From the NCBI GenBank assembly GCA_900547165.1, contig URFZ01000003.1, positions 30,997-94,996 on the forward strand: a stretch of 64,000 nt of DNA, in the 5' to 3' direction. This DNA comes from an uncultured Eubacteriales bacterium (lineage in GTDB: Bacteria; Bacillota; Clostridia; Oscillospirales; UBA644). The notes under the pieces were generated by a model. It saw only the letters and a program-made list of their open reading frames with translations. It did not search any database and was not told the DNA's origin. This document shows, one piece after another, positions 19,119 through 28,422 of the stretch (its first letter is position 1; each line of letters opens with the position of its first letter). Both the position numbers and the translations under genes were made by a program.

Positions 19119-19903
19119 TGCGTCTTGATATTTTTATTTCCTCGGAAATGAGGTTTTGCAGCCGCGAAAAAGCCCGATATTATATTAAAAACGGAGATGT
19201 TTCCGTCAACGGAACGGTTATAGAAAAACCGTCATACGATGTTTCCGAAAAAGACGGTGTAGAAATAAGAGACAGTATCGGTTTCGTAGGTAAAGGCGGG
19301 CTTAAACTTAAAAAAGCAATAGAATCGTTCAGGTTGAACTTTTTTGATAAAACAGTGCTTGACGTTGGGGCTTCCACGGGTGGTTTTACGGACTGTGCAC
19401 TCCAAAACGGTGCAAAAAAAGTATACGCCGTCGATGTGGGGCACGGACAACTCGACCCAAAGTTGGCAAGCAACGACCGAGTTGTAAATTTCGAGGGACG
19501 CAATATCCTTGATATTTCTCCCGAAAACATTGATAAAACGGATATTGTTGTTTCCGATGTTTCGTTTGTTTCGATAAAAAAGATACTTTCCCATATATCG
19601 AACTTTATTGATGAATACGGGCAAATAATATGCCTTGTAAAGCCTCAGTTTGAGGTCGGAAAGAAAAGACTCAAAAACGGAGTCGTATCCGACGAAAAGA
19701 CACACGTTGAGGTCGTTTCGGATATTCTTGACTACGCAGAAAGTCTCGGGCTGACCGTTTCGGGATTGGATTTTTCCCCGATAAAAGGCGGCGAGGGCAA
19801 TATCGAATTTCTTTTGTATCTTACAAAAAACAGTGCGTTGAAAACAACAACAGATATAAAAACAACGGTACGAAAAGCACACGAAACGTTAAAAGGGCGG
19901 TGA
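19118..19903 (+). CDS. tlyA: TlyA-family rRNA 2'-O-methyltransferase (S4 + FtsJ-like domains)
   Basis: S4 domain (REKARYYIKNGDVSVNG) and SAM motif LDVGASTGGFTDCALQNGAKKVYAVDVG. Confidence 0.9.
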   Translation: MRLDIFISSEMRFCSREKARYYIKNGDVSVNGTVIEKPSYDVSEKDGVEIRDSIGFVGKGGLKLKKAIESFRLNFFDKTVLDVGASTGGFTDCALQNGAKKVYAVDVGHGQLDPKLASNDRVVNFEGRNILDISPENIDKTDIVVSDVSFVSIKKILSHISNFIDEYGQIICLVKPQFEVGKKRLKNGVVSDEKTHVEVVSDILDYAESLGLTVSGLDFSPIKGGEGNIEFLLYLTKNSALKTTTDIKTTVRKAHETLKGR

Positions 19904-19907
19904 TCGC

Positions 19908-20747
19908 TTGAAAGTTCATATAGTAACAAACACGCAAAAGGACAAAGACCGCTCTGTCACCGAAGCCATAGTACGGGAACTGCTCGACCTCGGTGTCGAA
20001 GTGAGTTCGGATGTACCGTCTGTTGCAGATGCTTTTCAATCGGTTAACTTTCGTGAAACCGCGGAGGGAATCGAGACTTGCGACATCGTTTTGAGTGTCG
20101 GAGGAGACGGAACGATTTTGCGCGCCGCAAAAAAAGCGTCCGAAGAAGAGAAACCCATTCTCGGTGTGAATATGGGAAAAGTCGGATTCCTTGCGGAAGT
20201 CGAACCCGTGGAAGTAACTCTTCTGAACAGACTTGTCGATGGTAAATATACGGTTGACGAACGAATGATGCTTGATTGCAAGGTCGTAAGAAACGGAAAG
20301 GTTTGTTTTTCCTGTTCGGCTTTGAATGATGTTGTTATAAGTCACGGCGCCGTCAGCCGAACCGTGGGAATCAAAGTGGATTCCGATGTCGGGTTTATAA
20401 GCGAGTATTCCGCGGACGGAATTGTCTTTTCAACTCCGACAGGCTCTACGGGATATTCAATATCGGCGGGTGGACCTGCGGTAGACCCGAAAATGCACGC
20501 TATAATTCAAACTCCGATATGCGCACATTCATTGCACAGCAGACCGATACTTTTCGATGCGGGAACTAAATTGTTCGCGGAAGTTTCCGTGTTTAACGGC
20601 GAACCGTATCTGACAGCAGACGGATATGAAAATTTCAGGCTTGCCGACGGCGATATTGTTCAGGTCGAACGCTCAAAAAAGACAACAAAAATCATAAGAT
20701 TGAAAGATATGTCATTTTACGAAATACTTAACAGGAAGTTGGGGTAA
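19908..20747 (+). CDS. nadK: NAD kinase
   Basis: GGDGTILRAA motif and the NAD kinase C-terminal pattern (STPTGSTGYSISAGGP). TTG start. Confidence 0.9.
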   Translation: MKVHIVTNTQKDKDRSVTEAIVRELLDLGVEVSSDVPSVADAFQSVNFRETAEGIETCDIVLSVGGDGTILRAAKKASEEEKPILGVNMGKVGFLAEVEPVEVTLLNRLVDGKYTVDERMMLDCKVVRNGKVCFSCSALNDVVISHGAVSRTVGIKVDSDVGFISEYSADGIVFSTPTGSTGYSISAGGPAVDPKMHAIIQTPICAHSLHSRPILFDAGTKLFAEVSVFNGEPYLTADGYENFRLADGDIVQVERSKKTTKIIRLKDMSFYEILNRKLG

Positions 20748-20752
20748 AGAAT

Positions 20753-21220
20753 ATGAAACTGAAAAGCAGACGACACGCGAAGATTTTGGAAATCATAAAC
20801 GATAATAATATTGAAACGCAGGACGAACTGACGCTTTTTCTGAACGCTGCGGGATTCAAGGCAACGCAGGCGACCGTTTCCAGAGACGTCAAAGAACTGC
20901 ACCTGGTCAAGATTCTTACGAAAGACAACGTTTACAGATATGAGCAGCGTGATAAAGCCGTTTCGGGCGGAAGCGTTTTGAGTGCAAAATCTCAGGCGGT
21001 CATGCGTGAGGGTATCATGAACGTTCGCGTGGCTCAGAACATTGTCGTTGTTAAATGCTATACCGGTATGGCACAGGCTGTCTGCGCTTCGATAGACGCT
21101 CTTGACAGAACAAACATTGTCGGTTCTCTTGCGGGCGACGATACCATTTTTCTTGTTGCCACGGACAACGACAGGGCGCTTGATATCGTATCGGAAATAA
21201 ATGCGATAACAGCGGGCTGA
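20753..21220 (+). CDS. argR: Arginine repressor
   Basis: N-terminal winged helix (RHAKILEIINDNNIETQDEL...ATQATVSRDVKEL) and a C-terminal oligomerisation domain (GSLAGDDTIFLV). Confidence 0.9.
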   Translation: MKLKSRRHAKILEIINDNNIETQDELTLFLNAAGFKATQATVSRDVKELHLVKILTKDNVYRYEQRDKAVSGGSVLSAKSQAVMREGIMNVRVAQNIVVVKCYTGMAQAVCASIDALDRTNIVGSLAGDDTIFLVATDNDRALDIVSEINAITAG

Positions 21221-21227
21221 TAAGGCA

Positions 21228-22892
21228 ATGATTTCACGATTGCATATAGAAAATATCGCCGTTATTGAAAATGCCGATATTGATTTCCGCAATGGTTTTA
21301 TCGCATTGACGGGCGAGACAGGTGCGGGAAAATCCATATTGATAGACAGCATCAATATTCTGCTCGGCAACAGAGCGTCAAAAGATCTTGTGCGAACGGG
21401 CTGTTCAAAGGCATTTGTCAGCGCGGAGTTTGATGATGTTGCGGGGCTTGAAAAACTGTTTTCTGAATACGGTGTTCCAGACGAGGGCAACGGAAGCATT
21501 TTTCTTTCGAGAGAACTCTCGGTTGAGGGCAAGAGCGTTGCAAGAGTAAATTCGAGACCTGTTCCCGCATCCGTCTTGAAGGAGTTCGGAAAAAGACTGA
21601 TAACGATACACGGTCAGCAGGATAACGGAACGTTGCTTGATACGTCAACGCATCTGTCTTTTCTTGACGCGTATGCAAAAAACAGTAGCGAAATAAACGA
21701 ATACAGAACCGCATACAGAAATTTTCGCTCGATAAAAAAAGAAATAGACAAACTTACGCTTGACGATGATGAAAAAGCGCGCAGGGTAGACACGTTGACA
21801 TATCAGATAAACGAGATTGAAGCGGCTGAACCTGTTGAAGGCGAGGACGAAGACCTTGCGGACAGAAAAAAGGTTCTTTTGGGCGCAGAGAAGATAATAG
21901 AGAGCCTTTCTGCTGCAAGAACGATTCTTTCGGACGGAGAATATAATGTTTCCGAAATGTTTTCGCAAGCGGTGACAAACCTCGAATCTATCTCCGAGTT
22001 TTCCGATGAACTTGAAGATTTTACTTCGCGTTCGGAGAATGTTTTGGCAGAAATAGATTCACTTGCAGACGATGTAAGAATGCTTGCGGACAGATTTGAC
22101 TTCAACCCGAGAGAACTCGACGAAATCGAAGACCGTCTCGGCGTTATAAATTCGCTTAAAAGAAAATACGGCAGAACAATAGGGGAGATAAACACATATC
22201 TTGCCGACGCGAAAGCAAAACTTGCACAAATCGAATACTCCGACGAGGCAATATTAAAACTTGACGCAGAACTTGCAAAAGCACATGATGAACTTGTTGC
22301 AAAGGCGAAAGTATTGACCGATTCGAGAAAGAAAGCGGCGGAAGAAATAAGCAGGGAAGTAACAAAAGAACTTTCCGAGCTTGAAATGCCGAAAGTTCGA
22401 ATGCAGGTCAGAACCGACAAAAAGAAATATTCTTTTGACGGAGCAGACGACGTTGAATTTTTGATAAGCACGAACGTCGGTGAAAATGTCAAGCCGCTTT
22501 CGGCAGTTGCTTCGGGTGGTGAGTTGAGCCGCATTATGTTGGCATTGAGAAAAATCCTGTCGTCTTCCGCGCAAAACGAAACGCTGATATTCGACGAAAT
22601 AGATACCGGCGTCAGCGGCAAAGCTTCCGTGCGTATCGCACAAAAGATGAAACAGATGTCAAAAACGGCGCAGGTCATTACTGTTACGCACCTTGCGCAG
22701 ATCGCGGCTTATGCAGATGAACATCTTAAAATTGAGAAAAAGGACGACGGTCAAAGAACCTTTACTACTGTTACCGAACTTGATGAAAAAGGCAGAATAG
22801 AAGAACTTGCGCGACTGCTCGGCGGGGATATTGCTTCCTCGGCTGTCGCAACAGCGAAAGATATGCTTGTTTCTGCAAAAAAATTCAATTAA
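21228..22892 (+). CDS. recN: DNA repair protein RecN
   Basis: Walker A LTGETGAGKSILIDS, a long coiled coil and the signature ASGGELSRIMLAL. Confidence 0.95.
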   Translation: MISRLHIENIAVIENADIDFRNGFIALTGETGAGKSILIDSINILLGNRASKDLVRTGCSKAFVSAEFDDVAGLEKLFSEYGVPDEGNGSIFLSRELSVEGKSVARVNSRPVPASVLKEFGKRLITIHGQQDNGTLLDTSTHLSFLDAYAKNSSEINEYRTAYRNFRSIKKEIDKLTLDDDEKARRVDTLTYQINEIEAAEPVEGEDEDLADRKKVLLGAEKIIESLSAARTILSDGEYNVSEMFSQAVTNLESISEFSDELEDFTSRSENVLAEIDSLADDVRMLADRFDFNPRELDEIEDRLGVINSLKRKYGRTIGEINTYLADAKAKLAQIEYSDEAILKLDAELAKAHDELVAKAKVLTDSRKKAAEEISREVTKELSELEMPKVRMQVRTDKKKYSFDGADDVEFLISTNVGENVKPLSAVASGGELSRIMLALRKILSSSAQNETLIFDEIDTGVSGKASVRIAQKMKQMSKTAQVITVTHLAQIAAYADEHLKIEKKDDGQRTFTTVTELDEKGRIEELARLLGGDIASSAVATAKDMLVSAKKFN

Positions 22893-22906
22893 ACTATCAA
22901 AAATAC

Positions 22907-22935
22907 AAGACGGCTCGTTTTTGCGAGCCGTCTTT
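22907..22935. terminator. Hairpin terminator between recN and the MATE gene
   Basis: aagacggctcg / cgagccgtctt, an 11-bp stem with a T-rich loop and tail. Confidence 0.7.
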
Positions 22936-22969
22936 GAGTTTTATATTGGCATTGTATTATCATACCAGC

Positions 22970-24304
22970 CTATGCGTAACCGTACTTTTTCCGCTTGACG
23001 ATGAGAAATACAGCTGAAAGAACTATTGCAAGGACTTCCGCAACGATCGTTGCCCACCATATGCCGTTTATTCCGAATATAATGGGAAGCACGATTACCG
23101 CGGTGCATTTAAATAGGAAAGTTCTGAGAAACGAAATGGTTGCGGAAACACCGCCGTCGCTGAGTGCCGTGAAAAAGGACGACGCAAAAATATTGAACCC
23201 GGAGAAAAGGAATGTCAGCGCAAATATTCTGAAAGCATTTACTGTTTCTTCATATAAAACCTTGTCATAGCCTACAAATAAATGCGCAAGCGGAATTGCA
23301 AGCAGTTGTCCGAGAACGACCATGCCTACACCGCAGCCAAAAATCAGTTTCAGACTCTTTTTCAGCATATTGTTCAATTCCGAATTGTTGCCCGCACCGT
23401 AATGATAGCCTATTATCGGAGCACAGCCGACGGAATATCCGATAAAAATTGCGATGAAGATGAACTCGACATACATCAGTACTCCGTAAATCGCAACGCC
23501 GTTTTCGCCAGAATATTCAAGCAGTCGGAAATTGTAAAGCATTCCGACAATAGAAGAAGTGACGGTCGTAACAAGTTCAGACGCACCGTTTCCGCAAGCG
23601 CGCAATACGGGTTTGATTTCAATTTTGGTCTTCGTGATTTGTAAAAGACTTGAATTGGGACGCAGAAAATATATCAAAGGAATGATACCGCCCACGCATT
23701 GGCTGATACCCGTCGCAATCGCCGCACCCGCAACGCCCATATTGAGAGGAACCATGAAAACGGCGTCGAGAATCATATTTGTAACACCTGCGGCAACCGT
23801 CACGGCAAGACCGAGTTTTGGCTTTTCCGCAGTTACAAAAAAACTCTGAAAAACATTTTGAAGCATGAATGCTGTATTGAATCCGATAACTATTCTGCCG
23901 TAAACAACGCAATCATTTTTCATCTCGCTGCCCTCCGCTCCGAGAAGGTCTGCAATCTGCGGCATAAATATAATGCCGATAACAGAGATGATAATGCCGA
24001 CAATAAGAGTAACAAGCAGCATCATCGTAAAGTACTGCTTCGCCTTTTCGGGACGTTTTTCACCGAGCGTTTTTGATACAAGTGCGCTTCCGCCCGTACC
24101 GAACATAAATCCTACGCCGCCGAATATCATAACAAACGGCATAATCAAATTTATCGCCGCAAAAGGCGTTTTTCCTACGAAATTCGAAACGAACAGTCCG
24201 TCAACAACACAGTAAATAGAAGTAAAGACCATCATTACGATTGACGGAAGAACAAATCTGAGCAGTTTTTTATAAGTAAAATGATCGGAAAGTTTGATTT
24301 CCAT
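22970..24304 (-). CDS. MATE family efflux transporter
   Basis: 444 aa with 12 TM helices and typical MATE N-terminus (LLRFVLPSIVMMVFTSIYCVVDGLFVSNFVG). Confidence 0.85.
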   Translation of the reverse strand: MEIKLSDHFTYKKLLRFVLPSIVMMVFTSIYCVVDGLFVSNFVGKTPFAAINLIMPFVMIFGGVGFMFGTGGSALVSKTLGEKRPEKAKQYFTMMLLVTLIVGIIISVIGIIFMPQIADLLGAEGSEMKNDCVVYGRIVIGFNTAFMLQNVFQSFFVTAEKPKLGLAVTVAAGVTNMILDAVFMVPLNMGVAGAAIATGISQCVGGIIPLIYFLRPNSSLLQITKTKIEIKPVLRACGNGASELVTTVTSSIVGMLYNFRLLEYSGENGVAIYGVLMYVEFIFIAIFIGYSVGCAPIIGYHYGAGNNSELNNMLKKSLKLIFGCGVGMVVLGQLLAIPLAHLFVGYDKVLYEETVNAFRIFALTFLFSGFNIFASSFFTALSDGGVSATISFLRTFLFKCTAVIVLPIIFGINGIWWATIVAEVLAIVLSAVFLIVKRKKYGYA

Positions 24305-24472
24305 TTTCTTCTCCTTTTCCGTATTATAAAGCCGGATAAAATACCGGGTATTCCCGACATCTTATCCGGCTATAACATTTACGGTTATTGCCCTCCGATG
24401 AGCATTACTGATTATAAAGGAAACATAACCGAAAGTCAACGGTTAAAGATTGAACAATGTGCAATAAACATA

Positions 24473-25363
24473 TTATACTACCGATCTTTTCCGATATGCA
24501 AGGGGAGTGAGTCCCGTTTCTTTTTTGAAAACGCGACAGAAATAACTCGAGTCATTGAATCCCACATCTGCGGCAATCTGAGCAACCGTCAAATCTTTAT
24601 TTTCAAGTTGTCGCTTTGCCTCTTTTATGCGCTTGTCCAATATATATTTCCCGACACTGACGCCCTGTGCCCGCGTAAAAAGGTGCGAAAGATAATATTT
24701 ATTTGTAAAACAGGCTTCCGCGATGGTGTCAAGCGTTATTTCATTACGGAAATTTTCGTCGATAAATTTCAGGGCAATCTCCATAGTCTTTCCCGAAGCG
24801 AGTAATTCTCCTGCATTTTCCGTCTTGTTTATAAGCCTGAATATGTACATCAGAAGCGTTCTTGAAATATTTTGCGCTATCTCCATATAGAAACGTTCTT
24901 TTTTGTCGAACTCGTTAACAAGCGTCGAAAAATAACGGTAGAATATGTCGTACATATCTCCCGTAGGAAAAACATATCCGTATGAGGGCGGAAGTAACCA
25001 GTTCGGGGGTAAATCTGTGATTTCCAATTTGTCATAAGCAACAAAAAGTATTTCCATCGGGTCAGTCTCATTGCTTTTCTCAAAGTGCATAACATCGGCG
25101 TTGTATATAAGCAAGTCCCCGCGTTTGACTTCAAAGACTTTATCTTCGATCGCAACCGTACCCTTGCCGTCGGTTACAAATATTATCTCCAAAAACTTAT
25201 GGTCATGCGGAACTTCGCGCCACCCGCCGTGTTTGTCAAGAAGTCCCACATATAAAAGGCGTGGTTTTAATTTGAACGAATAGTGCTTTTCCAACAAAAA
25301 ATGCTGTCGTTCTTCGCTGTTATATCTGTGCATGACTTCCATAAAAACTGCCCTCCGTGTCAA
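24473..25363 (-). CDS. AraC-family transcriptional regulator (cupin sensor + HTH)
   Basis: N-terminal cupin (HDHKFLEIIFVTDGKG) and a C-terminal AraC double HTH (IAADVGFNDSSYFCRVFKKETGLTPLAYR). Confidence 0.9.
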   Translation of the reverse strand: MTRRAVFMEVMHRYNSEERQHFLLEKHYSFKLKPRLLYVGLLDKHGGWREVPHDHKFLEIIFVTDGKGTVAIEDKVFEVKRGDLLIYNADVMHFEKSNETDPMEILFVAYDKLEITDLPPNWLLPPSYGYVFPTGDMYDIFYRYFSTLVNEFDKKERFYMEIAQNISRTLLMYIFRLINKTENAGELLASGKTMEIALKFIDENFRNEITLDTIAEACFTNKYYLSHLFTRAQGVSVGKYILDKRIKEAKRQLENKDLTVAQIAADVGFNDSSYFCRVFKKETGLTPLAYRKRSVV

Positions 25364-25590
25364 TAAACCGTCATTGTTTTTGTACTTTAAAATTCAAGTA
25401 ATAATCGCTTATTCTTTATTTATATTTATTATATCAATAGTTAACGCAAAAGTCAAGATAAAAATAGGATTTTCTTGCGGTGCAAATATGGCAATTAAAT
25501 GTCTTGCGCATTTTGTGCAAAACTGATAGAATGTAATCGAACAGAGGAACAAAACTGTTGATAATGATACCGGAAAGAGAGTGACATAGT

Positions 25591-27090
25591 ATGGGTGACA
25601 TTATCTTGAAGATGACCGGAATAGATAAGCGGTTCTCGGGCGTACACGCATTAAAGCATGTTGACTTTGAACTGCGTTCCGGAGAAGTTCACGCTCTTAT
25701 GGGTGAGAACGGCGCGGGAAAATCCACTTTGATGAAAGTCCTGTGCGGTATACATTCAAGAGACGCCGGTGAGATAGAATATTTCGGCAAGCCGGTCAAT
25801 TTCGCAAACATCGCGGAATCGCAGGCGGCAGGAATCAGCATCATACACCAAGAACTCAACATGATGAACCATCTGACGGTCGCACAGAACATTTACATCG
25901 GACGCGAACCGAAAAAAGCGGGCGTTTACATTGATGACCGCAAGATGGAACAGGATGCAAGAAACCTTTTCAAAAAAATCGGAATACACATCAACCCCTC
26001 GGTAAAACTCGGAACACTGACCGTAGGAAAACAGCAGATGGTCGAAATTGCAAAGGCAATTTCCCATGATTCGAAACTGCTCATTCTTGACGAGCCGACG
26101 GCGGCACTCACGCAGCCCGAAGTTGAAGAGTTGTTCAGAATAATGAATGATCTGCGCGACAAGGGCATCGGAATGATATACATCTCTCACCGAATGGATG
26201 AGATAAACAGAATTTCCGACAGGGTAACGGTTATGAGAGACGGCGAGTACGTCGGAACTCTTCAAACAAAAGACACGACCAAAGATGAGATAGTAAAAAT
26301 GATGGTCGGCAGAGTTGTTTACACCGACCCGAAAACAAAGAGCAATGTGCCGAATGACGCACCGACCGTTCTTGAAGTTAAAAACATGAATAGCGGCAAT
26401 ATGGTAAAAAACGTAAGTTTCAAACTCCGTAAAGGCGAGATTCTCGGATTTGCGGGACTGATGGGCGCGGGACGCACGGAACTTGCGAGAGCTATTTACG
26501 GTGCTGACGAATTTGATTCGGGTGAAGTTTTCATCAATGGTAAAAAGGTTAAGATAAGAACTCCCGAATCTGCGGTAAAACACGGTATCTGCTATCTTTC
26601 GGAAGACAGAAAACAATACGGTTTGCTTCTTATAAAATCCGTTGCGGAGAACTCGGTGCTTGCATCGCTTGACGATTACATCAAATTCGGTTGGATAAAC
26701 GATGCAAAAGCAAAGAAAGCGGCGGAAGAAGTCAACAAAAAATTGAGAACAAAAACACCGTCAATGGATCAACTTCTGAAAAACCTTTCAGGAGGTAACC
26801 AACAGAAAGTTATCGTGGCGCGCTGGCTTCTTAAAAATTCGGACATATTCATCTTTGACGAACCGACAAGAGGTATCGATGTCGGCGCAAAGAGCGAAAT
26901 GTACGATTTGATGGAAGAACTTGCCGCACAGGGAAAATCCATAATAATGATTTCCTCGGAACTTTCCGAAATTCAGAGACTTTCCGACAGAGTTATCGTT
27001 ATGTGTGAGGGCAGAGTAACAGCAGATTTGAGCATAGACGACGGTCTCACACAGGAAGAGATAATGAAATACGCAACGATGCGGAATTAA
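25591..27090 (+). CDS. Sugar ABC transporter ATP-binding protein (duplicated ATPase, RbsA/MglA type)
   Basis: Two ABC cassettes: GENGAGKST with LILDEPTA, and LSGGNQQKV with FIFDEPTRGIDV. Confidence 0.9.
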   Translation: MGDIILKMTGIDKRFSGVHALKHVDFELRSGEVHALMGENGAGKSTLMKVLCGIHSRDAGEIEYFGKPVNFANIAESQAAGISIIHQELNMMNHLTVAQNIYIGREPKKAGVYIDDRKMEQDARNLFKKIGIHINPSVKLGTLTVGKQQMVEIAKAISHDSKLLILDEPTAALTQPEVEELFRIMNDLRDKGIGMIYISHRMDEINRISDRVTVMRDGEYVGTLQTKDTTKDEIVKMMVGRVVYTDPKTKSNVPNDAPTVLEVKNMNSGNMVKNVSFKLRKGEILGFAGLMGAGRTELARAIYGADEFDSGEVFINGKKVKIRTPESAVKHGICYLSEDRKQYGLLLIKSVAENSVLASLDDYIKFGWINDAKAKKAAEEVNKKLRTKTPSMDQLLKNLSGGNQQKVIVARWLLKNSDIFIFDEPTRGIDVGAKSEMYDLMEELAAQGKSIIMISSELSEIQRLSDRVIVMCEGRVTADLSIDDGLTQEEIMKYATMRN

Positions 27091-27135
27091 GCAGATAAAA
27101 TAATCAAACCACCAAGATCACGGGAGGTTACATAA

Positions 27136-28374
27136 ATGGATAACGAAAACGTAAAAATCTCCGCATCACGCAGAATGCGCAGATCGGTAATAAACTTCGG
27201 CAGAAACATAAAAACAAAAGGTATGCAGAATATGATAATCCTGATAGCACTTTTTGTGCTCATCTTCGTATTCTACCTGCTTAACCCAAATTTCCTTAAC
27301 AGATACAATATCGTAAGTATGGCGCAGAGCCTTGCACCTTATGCTATTTTGGCGCTTGGTGTTACATTCGTAATTGCAACGGGCGGCATAGACCTTTCGA
27401 TAGGCACCGTGTGTATCGCATCCTCGGTTGTTGCAGGACACCTTTTCACAAAACAGATAATTCCGCTTTGGGCAACGATTCCCGTAATGATTCTCATCGG
27501 CGCGCTGTTCGGGCTTATAAACGGATTCCTTGTCGCAAAACTGAAAATCCCCGCGTTCATCGCAACGCTCGGCACAATGATGCTTTCAAGAGGTTTGAGT
27601 GCTATCATAGTTGCGGTTCCGAACATCTTCTATCCCACGGGCAGCTGGTTCAATGAAGTATTCTCCAACTACAAATCTTTCCCGGTAGGTCTTATCTGGA
27701 TAGTGGGATTCATGTTTATCTGTATGTACCTGATGTACAAGAACAAAGTCGGCAGATACATTCTTTCGATAGGCAGTAACGAAGAGGCAACAAGACTTTC
27801 CGGTATCAACACCGACAAATACAAGATGCTTGCATACATCATCGGCGGTATCGGCGCTGGTATCGCGGCAATCTTCTGGTCTGCATCGTTCACCACCGTT
27901 GCGGCAGCTACCGGTAACGGATACGAACTTGACGCAATCGCAGGCGTATACATCGGCGGCACAAGCGCGGCAGGCGGCGTAGCATCCGTTTCAGGTTCTG
28001 TAATCGGCAGCATAATGCTCGTCGTAATCAGAAGCGGACTTAACTTCGTTCTTGCGAAGTTCCATGTAAACGTAAACGCAACATACGTCACATACGTTCT
28101 TACCGGTATCATCGTTGTAATCGCAGTTCTTATGGACATCATAAAGAACAAGAGAGCAGCAAAAGTCAAGGTTCTCACTCCCGCACAGAAACTTAAAAGA
28201 AACTATATCGAAAACAAAGATCATCTCGAATACAGACTTGACGAAGTTCTGTCGAACAAGGCTCTTCCCGAATCCGAAAGAACCGCACAGTCCGCAGAAA
28301 TCCGCAAGCAGATAGAGACGGCAAAAGTCGAGTATAAACTCGAACTTGATAAAATTAAACAGCAAAAAGCATAA
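27136..28374 (+). CDS. Sugar ABC transporter permease (RbsC/BPD_transp_2 type) with ~80-aa C-terminal coiled-coil extension
   Basis: Polytopic core (GGIDLSIGTV, SIGSNEEATRLSGIN) followed by a charged helical tail (KVLTPAQKLKRNYIENKD...KVEYKLELDKIKQQKA). Confidence 0.85.
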   Translation: MDNENVKISASRRMRRSVINFGRNIKTKGMQNMIILIALFVLIFVFYLLNPNFLNRYNIVSMAQSLAPYAILALGVTFVIATGGIDLSIGTVCIASSVVAGHLFTKQIIPLWATIPVMILIGALFGLINGFLVAKLKIPAFIATLGTMMLSRGLSAIIVAVPNIFYPTGSWFNEVFSNYKSFPVGLIWIVGFMFICMYLMYKNKVGRYILSIGSNEEATRLSGINTDKYKMLAYIIGGIGAGIAAIFWSASFTTVAAATGNGYELDAIAGVYIGGTSAAGGVASVSGSVIGSIMLVVIRSGLNFVLAKFHVNVNATYVTYVLTGIIVVIAVLMDIIKNKRAAKVKVLTPAQKLKRNYIENKDHLEYRLDEVLSNKALPESERTAQSAEIRKQIETAKVEYKLELDKIKQQKA

Positions 28375-28422
28375 ATATATTAACAATACCCGAAAGGGTC
28401 AAATTTCAAGGAGGACATTCTC

